Positions 52,756 through 64,000 of a stretch of 64,000 nucleotides of DNA are shown here, in pieces. Position numbers and translations under genes: made by a program. The number at the start of each line of letters is the position of its first letter. The first letter of the stretch is position 1. The DNA comes from Octopus vulgaris. Lineage: Eukaryota. The stretch covers positions 74,400,001-74,464,000 of the forward strand of contig OX597823.1 of the NCBI GenBank assembly GCA_951406725.2. The letters run 5' to 3'. A model generated the notes under the pieces. It saw only the letters and a list, made by a program, of their open reading frames with translations, was not told the DNA's origin and searched no databases.

Positions 52756-53895
52756 ATGAATTGGTTGAGTGCCCTTCGTTTGTTCACTCACTCGGATGAC
52801 GGCCTTATAGCCACGCATAATCTAAACGGCCATGAATCAGATAGACTTAGGAAGGACCTTATAGCTTTCTTTCAAAGGATGGGCTTACGGATTACGATAG
52901 ATGCTAACCTGAATAGTGTAGATTTTTTAGACGTAAATTTTAATGTAAGATCGGATAGATTTAAACCTTTCCGTAAGCCCAATGAAAAGCTATCGTATAT
53001 TAGCAAAGATTCGAACCATCCACCAGTTATCCTTAGCAACTTAGTCAGCAATGTAGGTAGAAGAATATCTTCAATTTCTTCGGACGAGGCATCATTCCAT
53101 AATGCTGCACCTTATTACGATAGCGCATTAAAGAATAGTGGATTCTCGGAGAAGATCCAGTTCAACCAGCTTAATGCTAATAATAATGCTACACGAAGAA
53201 CTAGGACCAGGAAAGTTTTGTGGTTCAACCTGGCTTTCAATTTGGCCGTAAAGACTAATATAGGTAAGGAATTTTTGAGATTAGTCTCTAAGCATTTTAA
53301 GCAGGGTCATAAATTCTACAGAATATTTAATAGAAGAACCCTGAAGGTTAGCTATTCTTGTTGCAGAAATTTCGCCTCTTACATTAGCCAACATAATAGG
53401 AAGCTAATTGAGATTAGACATGGTGCCGAGCCCATTAAGAAATGTAATTGCAAAAACGAAAACTCCTGTCCGTTAGAAGGGAAATGTCTAGTGAAAGGAG
53501 TAGTTTATAGAGCCAAGGTGCAAGTGGAAGGCTCATCGGAATACAAGACATACACAGGGGCTTCAGAAAATTCATTTAAAACAAGATTTTATTCTCATAA
53601 GAATTCTTTTAAATACCCAGAGAATAGGAAGAAAACCAGCCTAGCAAAATATGTCTGGGAACTAAAAGAAAAGGAAGCCCCACCTTTCAACGTGACATGG
53701 AGCATTCTGGACAGGGCGGCACCATACAGGCATGGAGCTTACAAATTTAATTTCAAGTGCAGACTTTGCCTATTAGAAAAAATGCACATCTTATTCAAAG
53801 ACAATAATTCTTTGAATCAAAGAAGTGAGTTAATGAACTTATGTAGGCACGCGGCTAAATTTAAAATGTCGAATATAAATATACCATATGGATAG
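52756..53895 (+). CDS. Open 379-aa ORF: C-terminal RT (from the DD motif), Cys-rich linker and GIY-YIG endonuclease of a Penelope-like (Naiad-like) element; 5'-truncated
   Basis: DDGL; VDFLDVNF; KPFRKPN; SNHPP; WFN; TLKVSYSC; CNCKNENSCPLEGKC (CxCx5Cx5C); GVVY..YTG..FKTRFYSH; CRLCLLEK..LNQRSEL..CRH. The first ~13 codons are not RT-like. Confidence 0.9.
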   Translation: MNWLSALRLFTHSDDGLIATHNLNGHESDRLRKDLIAFFQRMGLRITIDANLNSVDFLDVNFNVRSDRFKPFRKPNEKLSYISKDSNHPPVILSNLVSNVGRRISSISSDEASFHNAAPYYDSALKNSGFSEKIQFNQLNANNNATRRTRTRKVLWFNLAFNLAVKTNIGKEFLRLVSKHFKQGHKFYRIFNRRTLKVSYSCCRNFASYISQHNRKLIEIRHGAEPIKKCNCKNENSCPLEGKCLVKGVVYRAKVQVEGSSEYKTYTGASENSFKTRFYSHKNSFKYPENRKKTSLAKYVWELKEKEAPPFNVTWSILDRAAPYRHGAYKFNFKCRLCLLEKMHILFKDNNSLNQRSELMNLCRHAAKFKMSNINIPYG

Positions 53896-55049
53896 AGTAT
53901 ATATTTTGTATTTTTGATTTTTGATTTTGATTTTGACTCTTGAGCGCTACGACGAATTTATAGCAAAGTCTTATGTTCCTACATATATATTAGGAAAAAC
54001 CTACAAACTTTGTTTTCATGTTATTGTATTGCATAGGATTACCTTGATTATTTATATTACCTTGATTATTTATAAATGACCCAAAATAGGATGTTATATT
54101 TTATTTTATATGTCTTTCGTATATATTTTTATTAATGCACCCATTTTTTAAAAGCAATGTTTTTTTAAAAAAGAGCAATGTTGTCAAAATTAGAATGTTT
54201 ATATAAGTATGTGTATAGCAAAGCATATGTATTTGTAAGCATGCGTATCTGTGTATGTATAAGTGAAAGTATGCTTGTGCTTAAGCACACATATACACGA
54301 CGGTATGTATATGTATCAATTCAAACTTGTGTATGTATACTGGTCTCTATAGATGCCAATAACATCGTTACAAGTTTTTTCCCCACCCCTCCTTCGTTCC
54401 TTTTTCTCTCTTTCCCTTTCTTTCGTTCCCCCTCCTTGCTCAGTATATGAGAATTGCTACATAGATGAATTTTAGCTTGCGTGCGAGACGGTTTGCGTGA
54501 ATATATGTACACATTCTTTTATGTGTATATTTAGATTCATATTCATACGTCTGTATATGTATGTATGGCGTTTACGCGCATCCTTTTGTGTATGTTGGTA
54601 TATATATGTAGATTTTAATATAAATATGTATTGCAGTATTTATAACAGGTTTAATTTCTATGCATTAATTTGTACTGTCTTCATTAACGGCAATAGGTTT
54701 TTTCCTCGGTTTTTTCCTCGGATTTTATAATTTTTATAAGTTTTTTTATATATATATACATATATTTTTGACCTTTTTGTTTATCACTCGAAGATTGACC
54801 GTTTTTTCTAAAGGGCCAATCAAACAAGTTCATTTCTTTTCTTTTTAAAGGTGTAGCGTTTGTAAGAGTATAGATTGAATTAATATATAAGTTCCATTCT
54901 AGCAAAAACTGTCTGATGAACGGCAACGAGAAACTCAGAGTAACAGATTTTGTTGAATTTTCTGCTGCTTAAAATAAAGCATATTACTCTACCACTGGTA
55001 TTTGAGTACTCTTTTTTCCACCTTGTTTCACATTTATGTGTTTACTCCG

Positions 55050-55052
<3 letters not shown>
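52793..55052 (+). mobile_element. 5'-truncated Penelope-like retroelement with 3' terminal repeat ending at (TA)n
   Basis: ORF above, ~1.1-kb 3' region, HHR at 54901-54954, AATAAA near 54973, then (TA)n from 55053. Confidence 0.85.
54901..54954 (+). ncRNA. Minimal type I hammerhead ribozyme
   Basis: Stem I AGCAAAAACUGU/ACAGAUUUUGUU (12 positions, one mismatch); CUGAUGA at 54913-54919; stem II CG-GCAA-CG; GAAA at 54930-54933; self-complementary stem III ACUC-A-GAGU; predicted cleavage after GUA at 54942. Confidence 0.8.
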
Positions 55053-55095
<43 letters not shown>

Positions 55096-55100
<5 letters not shown>

Positions 55101-55504
55101 AGGAGTGGCTGTGTGATAAGTAGCTTGCTTACCAACCACATGGTTCTGGGTTCATTTCCACTGCGTAGCACCTTGGGTGAATGTCTTCAGCTATAGCCTC
55201 AGGCCGACGAAAGACTTGTGAGTGGATTTCGCAGACGGAAACTCAAAGAAGCCCGTCGTATATATGTTTATATATATGTATGTATGTGTATATGTTTGTG
55301 TGTCTGTTTTTGTTCTTCAACATCGCTTGACAACCGAAGGTGGTGTGTGTACGTCCGCGTAACCTAGCGGTTCGGCAAAAGAGACTGATAGAATGAGTAC
55401 TAGGCTTACAAAGAATAAGTCCTGGAGTCGATTTGCTCGACTAAAGGCGGCGCTGCAGCATTGCCACAGTCAAATGACTGAAACAATTAAAAGAGTAGAA
55501 GAGT
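55096..55504 (+). mobile_element. SINE family B, full length
   Basis: Head, CACCTTGGG core-like segment, internal microsatellite and CAGTCAAATGACTGAAACAA tail. Confidence 0.92.
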
Positions 55505-55514
55505 AATATATATT

Positions 55515-55643
55515 ATTCGCTGCTGAATTACTTTGGTTATTCACACGTGGCTGAGACTAGTGTTCACACTAGTAGTATACAAGTTAAATCTAGTTCGCTC
55601 GTCTCAGCCACGTGTGAATAACCAAAGTAATTCAGCAGCGAAT
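55515..55643. repeat. Foldback with perfect 43-bp arms and a 43-nt spacer
   Basis: 55515-55557 is the reverse complement of 55601-55643. Confidence 0.93.
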
Positions 55644-56617
55644 TTGGTTTCCATAAATTCATATTTATCGGTTATAATCAAAGATAAAATCTGTATAGGA
55701 TTTTATCAAGTATCAAGCATGTGAAAATGCAGTTTCGGTAAAAATTAATACAAGGTATTTAATATTATATATATAATGGTAAAATAGTAATAAGGACAAC
55801 TATCGAGTAATGCCACATGCTAGAAGAAGACGCCAAATGCCTCTCAGACTACTTTAGTTATCACATAGACATGAATAAATGTTTATAATAATATACGTTG
55901 GATTATGTCATACTGATGACGATAAGTTGGTATTACATCACTAAAGCAGAAATTGATCTATGTCTTAACTCTTTAGAATAACTCTTTTGTTCCTTCCCTC
56001 GCTTTCAGCACCTGTCTGTGATAGATTTTCTTCTAGCATGTCGCATTACTCGGTAGTTGCCCTCCTCATAATTTTATAATCATATATATATATATAAATT
56101 TAAATAATTTGTAGTAATTTTAAACTAAATTGGTTTTTACATGCAAGCTACTTCATAAAAACGTATAGATTTTCTTTCTTTATAATTGATATGTATATAG
56201 TTATATATATGTGTGCGTGCGCGCATGCTCACACGCGTATACTTACATAATCTGCAGAAAAATCCTCAATTGTAGAAAATACATGCATCATACAAAAGTA
56301 GAGTGTATGTATTCGTTCAAGCAATTTGCAAATTGTCAAGGCTTGTCTGGAGGAATTGAGAATTGACTTCTCAGAACACATTGTATTGTCTGTAAATGAT
56401 GGATTTTCTGTTCTAACTTTTCTCGCACACCTCCAATATACAGAAGCAAATCCACGCACACATTTATACACGAAGTCCCCCCCCACACACACGCACATAT
56501 ACACGCACACACCCAAACATACGCACATGCACACACCTAACAATTATCAGAAAAGCTGCGGCAAATTTTCAAATATACAACGCAATCAATCTCTAAATGA
56601 AGGTAAACGATATACTA

Positions 56618-56855
56618 TTTTACTCTTTACTCTTTTACTCTTTTACTTGTTTCAGTCATTTGACTGCGGCCATGCTGGAGCACAGCCTTTAGTCGAGCAA
56701 ATCGACCCCGGAACTTATTCTTTGTAAGCCCAGTACTTATTCTATCGGTCTCTTTTGCAAAACCGCTAAGTGACGGGGACGTAAACACACCAGCATCGGT
56801 TGTCAAGCAATGCTAGGGGGACAAACACAGACACACAAACATATACACACACACT

Positions 56856-56887
<32 letters not shown>

Positions 56888-57017
56888 TACGAGAGGCTTC
56901 TTTCAGTTTCCGTCTACCAAATCCACTCACAAGGCATTGGTCGGCCCGGCAGTGGGACTGAACCCGGAACCATGTGGTTGGTTAGCAAGCTACTTACCTC
57001 ACAGCCACTCCTGCGCC
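56618..57017 (-). mobile_element. SINE family B, near full length
   Basis: Reverse complement of the 55096-55504 type, with a (CTCTTTTA)n tail. Confidence 0.92.
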
Positions 57018-57413
57018 TATTATGTGTATCTTTCTATGAAGATGTTGTCCGGTAGTATAGATTTGTCATTAGCATTAACATTTAGAAGCGACGTAGACTA
57101 TAAGACGAAAAATAACAAGCACAAAACATTCACGATCACACTCCTTTAATGATTCCTTCCCTTTACTCCCCCATGTCTTGGTCGTTCTATCTTCTGTGAG
57201 TACATGAAATCTCATTTGCAATCACGTCTAGCAGGGTAGATGAGTAGCTACAAATACTCAAGCAACGACTGGATAATTGTGATTATATTCACATGGAAAA
57301 GCTTATGTCTATTAACAGAGCATCAATGAGGTCTTGCCCACTCAGAACATTTTCTTACTAACATATATAAACATGCATTAATACATGAATACATATGTGT
57401 ATGCGTATCTATC

Positions 57414-57442
<29 letters not shown>

Positions 57443-57445
<3 letters not shown>

Positions 57446-57610
57446 ATCCAAACATGAAAACACAAAGAGAAAACACAGCAACGCGAGGACGTGGAACAAG
57501 TATAGTGTTATTAGACGCTCAGGAAAACAAGGAAAGGAAGGAAAGAAGGAGGATTTAACGTTTCGTCAGAAAAAAAGGAAAAGGAAAGATCCAAGGAAGG
57601 GAAGACGGGG

Positions 57611-57612
<2 letters not shown>
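57443..57612 (-). mobile_element. Family P2 copy between (TA)n tracts
   Basis: Homologous to 43793-43965; minus strand has CTGACGAAACGTT at 57569-57557. Confidence 0.65.
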
Positions 57613-57674
<62 letters not shown>

Positions 57675-57786
57675 ATTTGTGTGTGTGTGTGCATGTGAGT
57701 GTGTGTATTCAGAAAGAGTGTGAAATATGACTGCCTAGAAAAATTTCTGATCATACAGACAAGGGAAAATATCCATCCATCCATCC

Positions 57787-57862
<76 letters not shown>

Positions 57863-57920
57863 GTCCGTCTGTCTGTCTGTCTATCCATCTATTTATCTAT
57901 CTGTATCTTTCTCTCTCTTA

Positions 57921-57968
<48 letters not shown>

Positions 57969-58350
57969 AGAGAGAGAGAGAGGAGAGAAAGTGGGAGAGT
58001 GAGAGAAATCGATACATTTCTAAATAGAGAAACAGATATCCTTCAACTAGCTATGTGTTCAAAAAATTTTCCAACTGTTTATCTATCTTTATTGTATACA
58101 CTTGTTGGAGATATTTATGTCATGCTGCATTTGTTATCTTTTATATTGATATGTATTGTGCCTGCTCCAGAATATTCGTATATTCAAGAAAAACATTGGA
58201 TTGTTTTCAAATGACGATGTGAATGGACCTGTATAAATCAATAAAATATTCCTATTTCATAAAATCTAAAATGAGGAAGCATTTTTCCCTATATCTCAGA
58301 TGCACACAATCATCTACATTGAAGCTGCTACATATTACATATATATATAC

Positions 58351-58472
<122 letters not shown>

Positions 58473-59601
58473 TTAGAGGGAGAGAGAGAGTGAGGGAAGG
58501 AAAGGATGCAATGCTGATATACACATTGATAGAAAGGAATTTATATAATTTTATTGGTAGATTTTCTGATAAACTGAACATGTTGATAAAAGAAGAAAAA
58601 ATATCAATTGATTTTCAATATCGAATCTCTCTAATAACGATAGACTACTCGAACAATTTCTGGCAGTTTACGTAATGTCATTGTTTTCATTCTATGATAG
58701 TTGTGGTCTGCTGCTTGTGGTATCGTTTATGTCATGGAAAATCTTGTCGTTTTTCAATTGTATTTTTATTGCACCTCTTGTGTTTTTTATTATTTTATTT
58801 TTATATTTAAAAAAAAATAATATTGAATTTTTTTGCCGGCACAAAGCAAAATGCTGATGGAGAAAGGAAATGTCGATGGTAAACATTGACCTGTTATAGT
58901 ACTGTCGTATATTGATTCTTATGATTAGGGCGTGAGGTGGAGCGAAATCTACCCTGCAAACATTTCAATTTAGAACCTGGGCAATAACTGGAATATTTTA
59001 TGGAGTATTTTCATTATTTCCAATAATATCCAAGTACACACACACACACACGCATGCACACATATTTATGTGTGTGTGTATGTACATACATAAAAGCATA
59101 CAAACATATATATATATGTACATATATCCAAACATATATATATATATATGTGCATGCATATATATGTGTGTGAGGTCGTCTGTGTGGTGATTACTCTCTC
59201 TGTTTTTCCACGTTGTCAATGGCATTTTTATAATTTTGTCTACGAGCTCTTATATGACTATTCCGTTCAGCTGCAAATCTGCATAGTTTGAAGCATGACT
59301 GAGAGACGAAAACTGTAACTTCAGCTGATTGATCAGATCACTTTGTGAAGTATGATCAAGTCTTCTTATACACTACACACGTTGAAACATCTTATTTACA
59401 AGAAAGTACTTTGCGTATAGTTGATCTTTCATGGAATTTTAGATGGTTAATTTATGTAGCACTGGAATAGAGTACAGGGCAATAGTTTCACCCTTCCGAT
59501 TATACAACTGCTGTTGTCAAACAGCACACACGCACACAAACGCAGTCCCAAACACATGCATGTAAGCGCCAACACAAACACACACACACATGCACACGAA
59601 C

Positions 59602-59647
<46 letters not shown>

Positions 59648-60896
59648 TTATACATACATATATATATATATATAATTATACATACATATATATGCGTGTG
59701 TGTGGTTGTAGAAAATATTCCATCAGTATTGCCCGAATGATGTTGCCATCACCTTTAAGATACACCTAAGACTTGGGACCTGTGCTATACGCTCATAACA
59801 TAAATCACACTTGTATTTCATAAGAAAGATTTGGCATAATTATTTCACCTCAATTGCCTCTACTCTCAGTAACATTACACTAAAACACACATTAAAGCAG
59901 AAACAGACCCCATAAAGTTCAACTTCAACAAATTGTTTCAAAGCATCACAGATAAAGCTCCTACACCCGGATATGACTCCGTAAGCACCAACCCTCTACT
60001 CGAGTGGGCCTGTCATCGGTCTCAGAAATCATTGCTCGACGTAGCAGAACGTACTTGCACAAATTACCGCATGCATAGTGGGCTTGAAAGAGACAGCATG
60101 TTGGGTTTCTTGGCACGTTTCTTGGCACACAGACTTATACATACATGCATACATATGTACGTGTGTCTTCTGGTTTTATATAGAATGTACCGTTTTAGGC
60201 GAGTGGATTTCCTCTTGTAATACTTAATATCATTTTACGAAGAAATTTCATGTCAATTTCTCCAACTGGAAATAATAATACCTACGCAAAGTTGATTTGT
60301 TAAGAGTAAGTCCATTTTCTCAATACAATTTGCATGCTTCCATACCATAGTCCTTTCTACACAGGAAAGGAGTGCACTATAAAGATTACAATAGCTGGGG
60401 TTAGCAAACTGTGTTTGCTAATTCTTTACTACAATTAAAAGAAGTGCTTAGAAATGAATAATTTATTGTTTTCTTTATGTAATTCATATCCTTCGGGAGA
60501 GTTTTCAAATGGCTCTCTGCGTCAATTACTTAAAGTTTAATTAAAACTGATTGCAAGATATGTGTTATTTTTAATTTACATATTGATTTCAGTTGCTGAA
60601 TTGCTCTGATGTGGGTTCACGCGATTATATCACCAGTACAATTATTTCAGCATAATACTGTTTCGCTTCTTATTCAATTAAGTAATCTGTAAGTTATGCT
60701 TTGATCCCAAGGGGCATAACATAGCACAAAGGTTCACACAAAAACATAAATATCATAGATAGGAAAATAAAAACGCAATTTCTCCCGCCACTCAAGCATA
60801 CGTGAACACTCACACATACTCCCAACTGTATATATATATGTGTGTGTGTGTGTGTTTGTGTGTCTCTGTGTGTATATATGTATATATATATATATA

Positions 60897-60932
<36 letters not shown>

Positions 60933-60941
60933 TATATATAT

Positions 60942-61049
60942 GCGCAGGCGTGGCTGTGTGGTAAGTAGCTTGTTTCTCAACCACGTGGTTCAGGGTTCAG
61001 TCCCGCTACGTAGCACCTTGTGCTAGTGTCTTCTTCTATAGCTTCGGGC
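60942..61049 (+). mobile_element. SINE family B head, truncated
   Basis: GCGCAGGCGTGGCTGTGTGGTAAGTAGCTTG...GGGTTCAGTCCC. Confidence 0.88.
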
Positions 61050-61208
61050 TATTTCAGCAATAAAACAATGGGGTACTGCACGCTTTACAGCCTATAACTA
61101 GAGAAATAGTATCTCTGTATATTGTCATTAAACTATATATTGTCATTAAACGAAATGGTCTTATTTACATTCTTGTTCATTCCACAGGTTCGGGGAAAAT
61201 ATTCCTAT

Positions 61209-61500
61209 TTTACATTATTTACATTATTTACATTTGACGGATATTTGTCCCCATCTTGTTTGTTGTTAACACAGCGTTTCGGCTGATATACTCTCCAGCC
61301 TTCATCAGGTGTCTTGGGGAAATTTCGAACCTGGGTTCTCATCCCTTCAGTATTTCAATGTTGTTGTTGTTGTTGTTATTCAGGTCACTGCCTGGAATCG
61401 AGCTTCCCAAAACACCTGATGAAGGCTGGACGTTGATGAGAACAAATATACGTCAATTGTAAATAATGTAAATAATTCCTCATCTCTTAAATATAGAACT
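61209..61500. mobile_element. Short inverted-repeat element with an HHR motif in each arm (PLE-like derivative)
   Basis: Left arm 61209-61319 mirrors right arm ~61405-61475, which has deletions; CCAGCCTTCATCAGGTGT vs ACACCTGATGAAGGCTGG. Confidence 0.75.
61268..61313 (-). ncRNA. Minimal hammerhead ribozyme motif, probably inactivated
   Basis: GACAC-CUGAUGA-A-GGCUG-GAGAGUAUAU-CAGCC-GAAAC-GCU-GUGUU. Stems I and II pair, but the cleavage triplet is GCU rather than NUH. Confidence 0.7.
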
Positions 61501-64000
61501 ATATTCGTATTGTACCGCGAAGTGCTACGACGATATGCTGAATGGTAATTCAAGATACACAGAACTTGCAGTAACAAGCTCACTATAAGAGAACTCAAAT
61601 TTATTTAACTTTTTCTGGTGTCTTTAAGGCTTGTCTCTTATATATATATTGATGCGGTTAGCGAAAATGAAGCCTTTGAAATTGAAATGGCAATTCGTTG
61701 GTTTTTAATGTTGCTCTCAGAATTAAACAACTGCCACCGTCAAATTTTCATAATGTATTTGTTACATCCAGTACACGAGTCATTATATTTTTAGAGTGAG
61801 TTTTGGAGCTCTGCAAAATTTGGTGGATTCAGGTTTACAAAGTTGTATAACTTTTTGCTTGGAGCTTATGATTCAAATTGTACAAGCTAACTGGACGCGA
61901 TTCAGGAATTGGAAGGGCTCTCACGTAAAATATCAACGATGTTTACGAATCTGGATCTGTTCGATTGTAGCGCCATCTACGATCACATTTCTGACCATAT
62001 TATCTGTTAGGAAAGTTACTCAACTTCTGTGTAGTTTCAATAATATACCGGAAGAGAAAAAAGTTGAGTCTAATCACGGTAGTCCTTCTCCGTAAGTCCG
62101 ATTTTTATTTTGAGAGGAGTTGTTCGTTCTCTTCAGCAGTTAAGAAGCCGCGCACATTGATGGTAAGTAACAGTCGTTGGACGTCAACCCAAATAGAAAA
62201 GGTTTTCAGATATTCATCTGGTCGAAATCAGTCACTCGAGCTTTTAGAAATAGATTTTGCCTGGATTCACCGAATAATACTGTTTCAATAAATAAATAAA
62301 ATGTAGAATATAATTGTTATAATGTAGTCTACAATAAATAATCTCTGAATAAATGAATTTGATCATGAGCGTACTGCACCGAAGGGCACCTTTTGTTTAA
62401 AAAATCATGTGTTAATTACATCGATTGTCTCGAGTACATGATTGCTTGAGTGTCAGTAGTTTTACCCATGAAAAGTTGTTTGATCTCTGTTGTAAAGAGA
62501 TCAGAGAAGAACCAACAAACATAGTAACTTCCTACTTTACCGCTAGCAGAATGTAAAACAAAATGAAAACGCTTTTTGAACTCGTCTTGTTGAAAACATT
62601 TAGCCAGCCAATGCGATGTTTTAATTACATCAATTGTATCAGCTATGTTGCACAACATAATGTAAAGAGGTGAGAGGAAAGCTTGTTATTTGCTTTTCTT
62701 AGTATCGTTTCTATGGAATCCATAAAATTCAAATATGCATTAGTGCAACATGCAATATTGATTTAATGAATATACTATATATTGATATAAGAACCTTACA
62801 CCATTGCTGCATATTATGATATCTCTAGCGTATTTGAAGGAAGCAGCTAAAACATTTTAAGTAATTCGTAAACAAGTGACACTAACATGTTTGACTTAGC
62901 ATATTGTATATATTACCAATTGCATTGATATTCGACAGAAATTATTGTGTGCTGGTTTATAGTACTTTTGCCTTAAAAAATTGCTATGGTGAATGACAAA
63001 CCTATAAATTGTTTGAATCGTCACAAGACTTTCTGTAGCCACTAGGAATCTCGACTTCCAGTCAACGTATGAACATAACAAGGGTGCATCTATGATTATT
63101 ACGACGTGCAAACCACTGACGTACAATCAGAGGTTTTCGAAATTTTAGCTTTCCAGATATGGAAATCTGTCATGCATATGTGCCACTGAGTAATACATAG
63201 ATATTACGTTCACATCTTTCGGCATAACTCATGAATTTTACATGTGAGTACGTTTTAGGAAATAGATAAAATCCCCGATGACAACTCCAATGTGTCTGCT
63301 GATTGGAGACTGCTAGGAGACTGAGAATATTAAAGGCACAATAATAAGAGACTTAGGATAAATTTCGACAAGAAATTACTTGATGTAGAGACATAGCAAG
63401 ACAATATACATGGTAAACAAAACGATGCAATTCAATAATGACTATAGAAAACCATTAAAGACACGAGATTGGATTAAAAGCACTATGGTGTCGAAGGTTT
63501 TTGTTTCTTGCCGCTAACGAGAGAGCCTAATGTGCCGATTTTTGAAGTTTGGGACCTTTCAGGACGGTATGCTCTAATATTTTTGCTATAGATCATTCAC
63601 AAAAATTGTACTATTTACAGTAGTAACCTCGATGTAGTTCGCTTGATCTGTGATAAAACTGTTATAAAGTATCCACTGAATATTTTGTCATACAGTTAAT
63701 AGACACAATTTCTTCACAGGTAGAAGTGGGAAAATCACCCAATCAGTAGACATTAAACTAAACCCAGCATTGAAATGACATTAAGCAATATAATATCACC
63801 ACTTGTGGCTCATATGAGATATCAGAAACGGTGCTCGACAAGCATAGTAGCTAGAGATAAATGTCTCATATCCATGGAATAGCTGGTGACATTAACCGAC
63901 TGCGTTATCTCTAGAGATTGTCTTACCGACAAAACAAAATCCATCCATAGGTAGTTTTGGGGAGATAGTCTCAGGTGACAATTTCTGTGAGAGCTATATC

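Noticed and set aside
52756-53895. Autonomous PLE, or selenocysteine-recoded ORF
   Set aside because: RT motifs upstream of DD are missing and the ORF contains no in-frame TGA.
50490-56260. 2-nt and 5-nt minus-strand microexon patterns (near 50498 and 56249)
   Set aside because: Expected by chance in AT-rich DNA, with no supporting context.
61790-63600. Protein-coding region from short ORFs at 61796-62291 and nearby
   Set aside because: No recognisable domain or consistent exon structure; possibly a very old minus-strand LINE, but too weak to call.

Overview
AT-rich eukaryotic DNA saturated with microsatellites. The SINE repertoire and (TA)n/(CA)n/(GATA)n load look like an octopod cephalopod (inference). 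No host protein-coding gene can be called with confidence, and nearly all listed ORFs are microsatellite artefacts. Recognisable DNA transposons: a full-length frameshifted DD34D mariner with TIRs and TA TSD (10448-11738), two more mariner relics, Merlin/IS1595-like and Chapaev3-like transposase pseudogenes, and a non-autonomous Helitron. Retroelements: an R4/Dong-like 5' fragment, many tRNA-derived SINEs of about five families (one amplified into a 183-bp tandem array), and three Penelope-like element (PLE) relics. One PLE relic is a young 5'-truncated Naiad-like copy with an open RT-C-terminus plus GIY-YIG ORF (52756-53895). The most striking unexplained theme is a set of mutually unrelated short elements, mostly beside (TA)n tracts, that carry hammerhead-ribozyme (HHR) cores and/or are folded into long palindromes. 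These include a foldable minimal HHR at 54901-54954 and an HHR-like core just 5' of the R4/Dong-like ORF. A possible chain of microexons (660-4192) and a 1.16-kb tandem duplication with a mosaic junction also deserve checks. All alignments, folds and family calls were made by eye.
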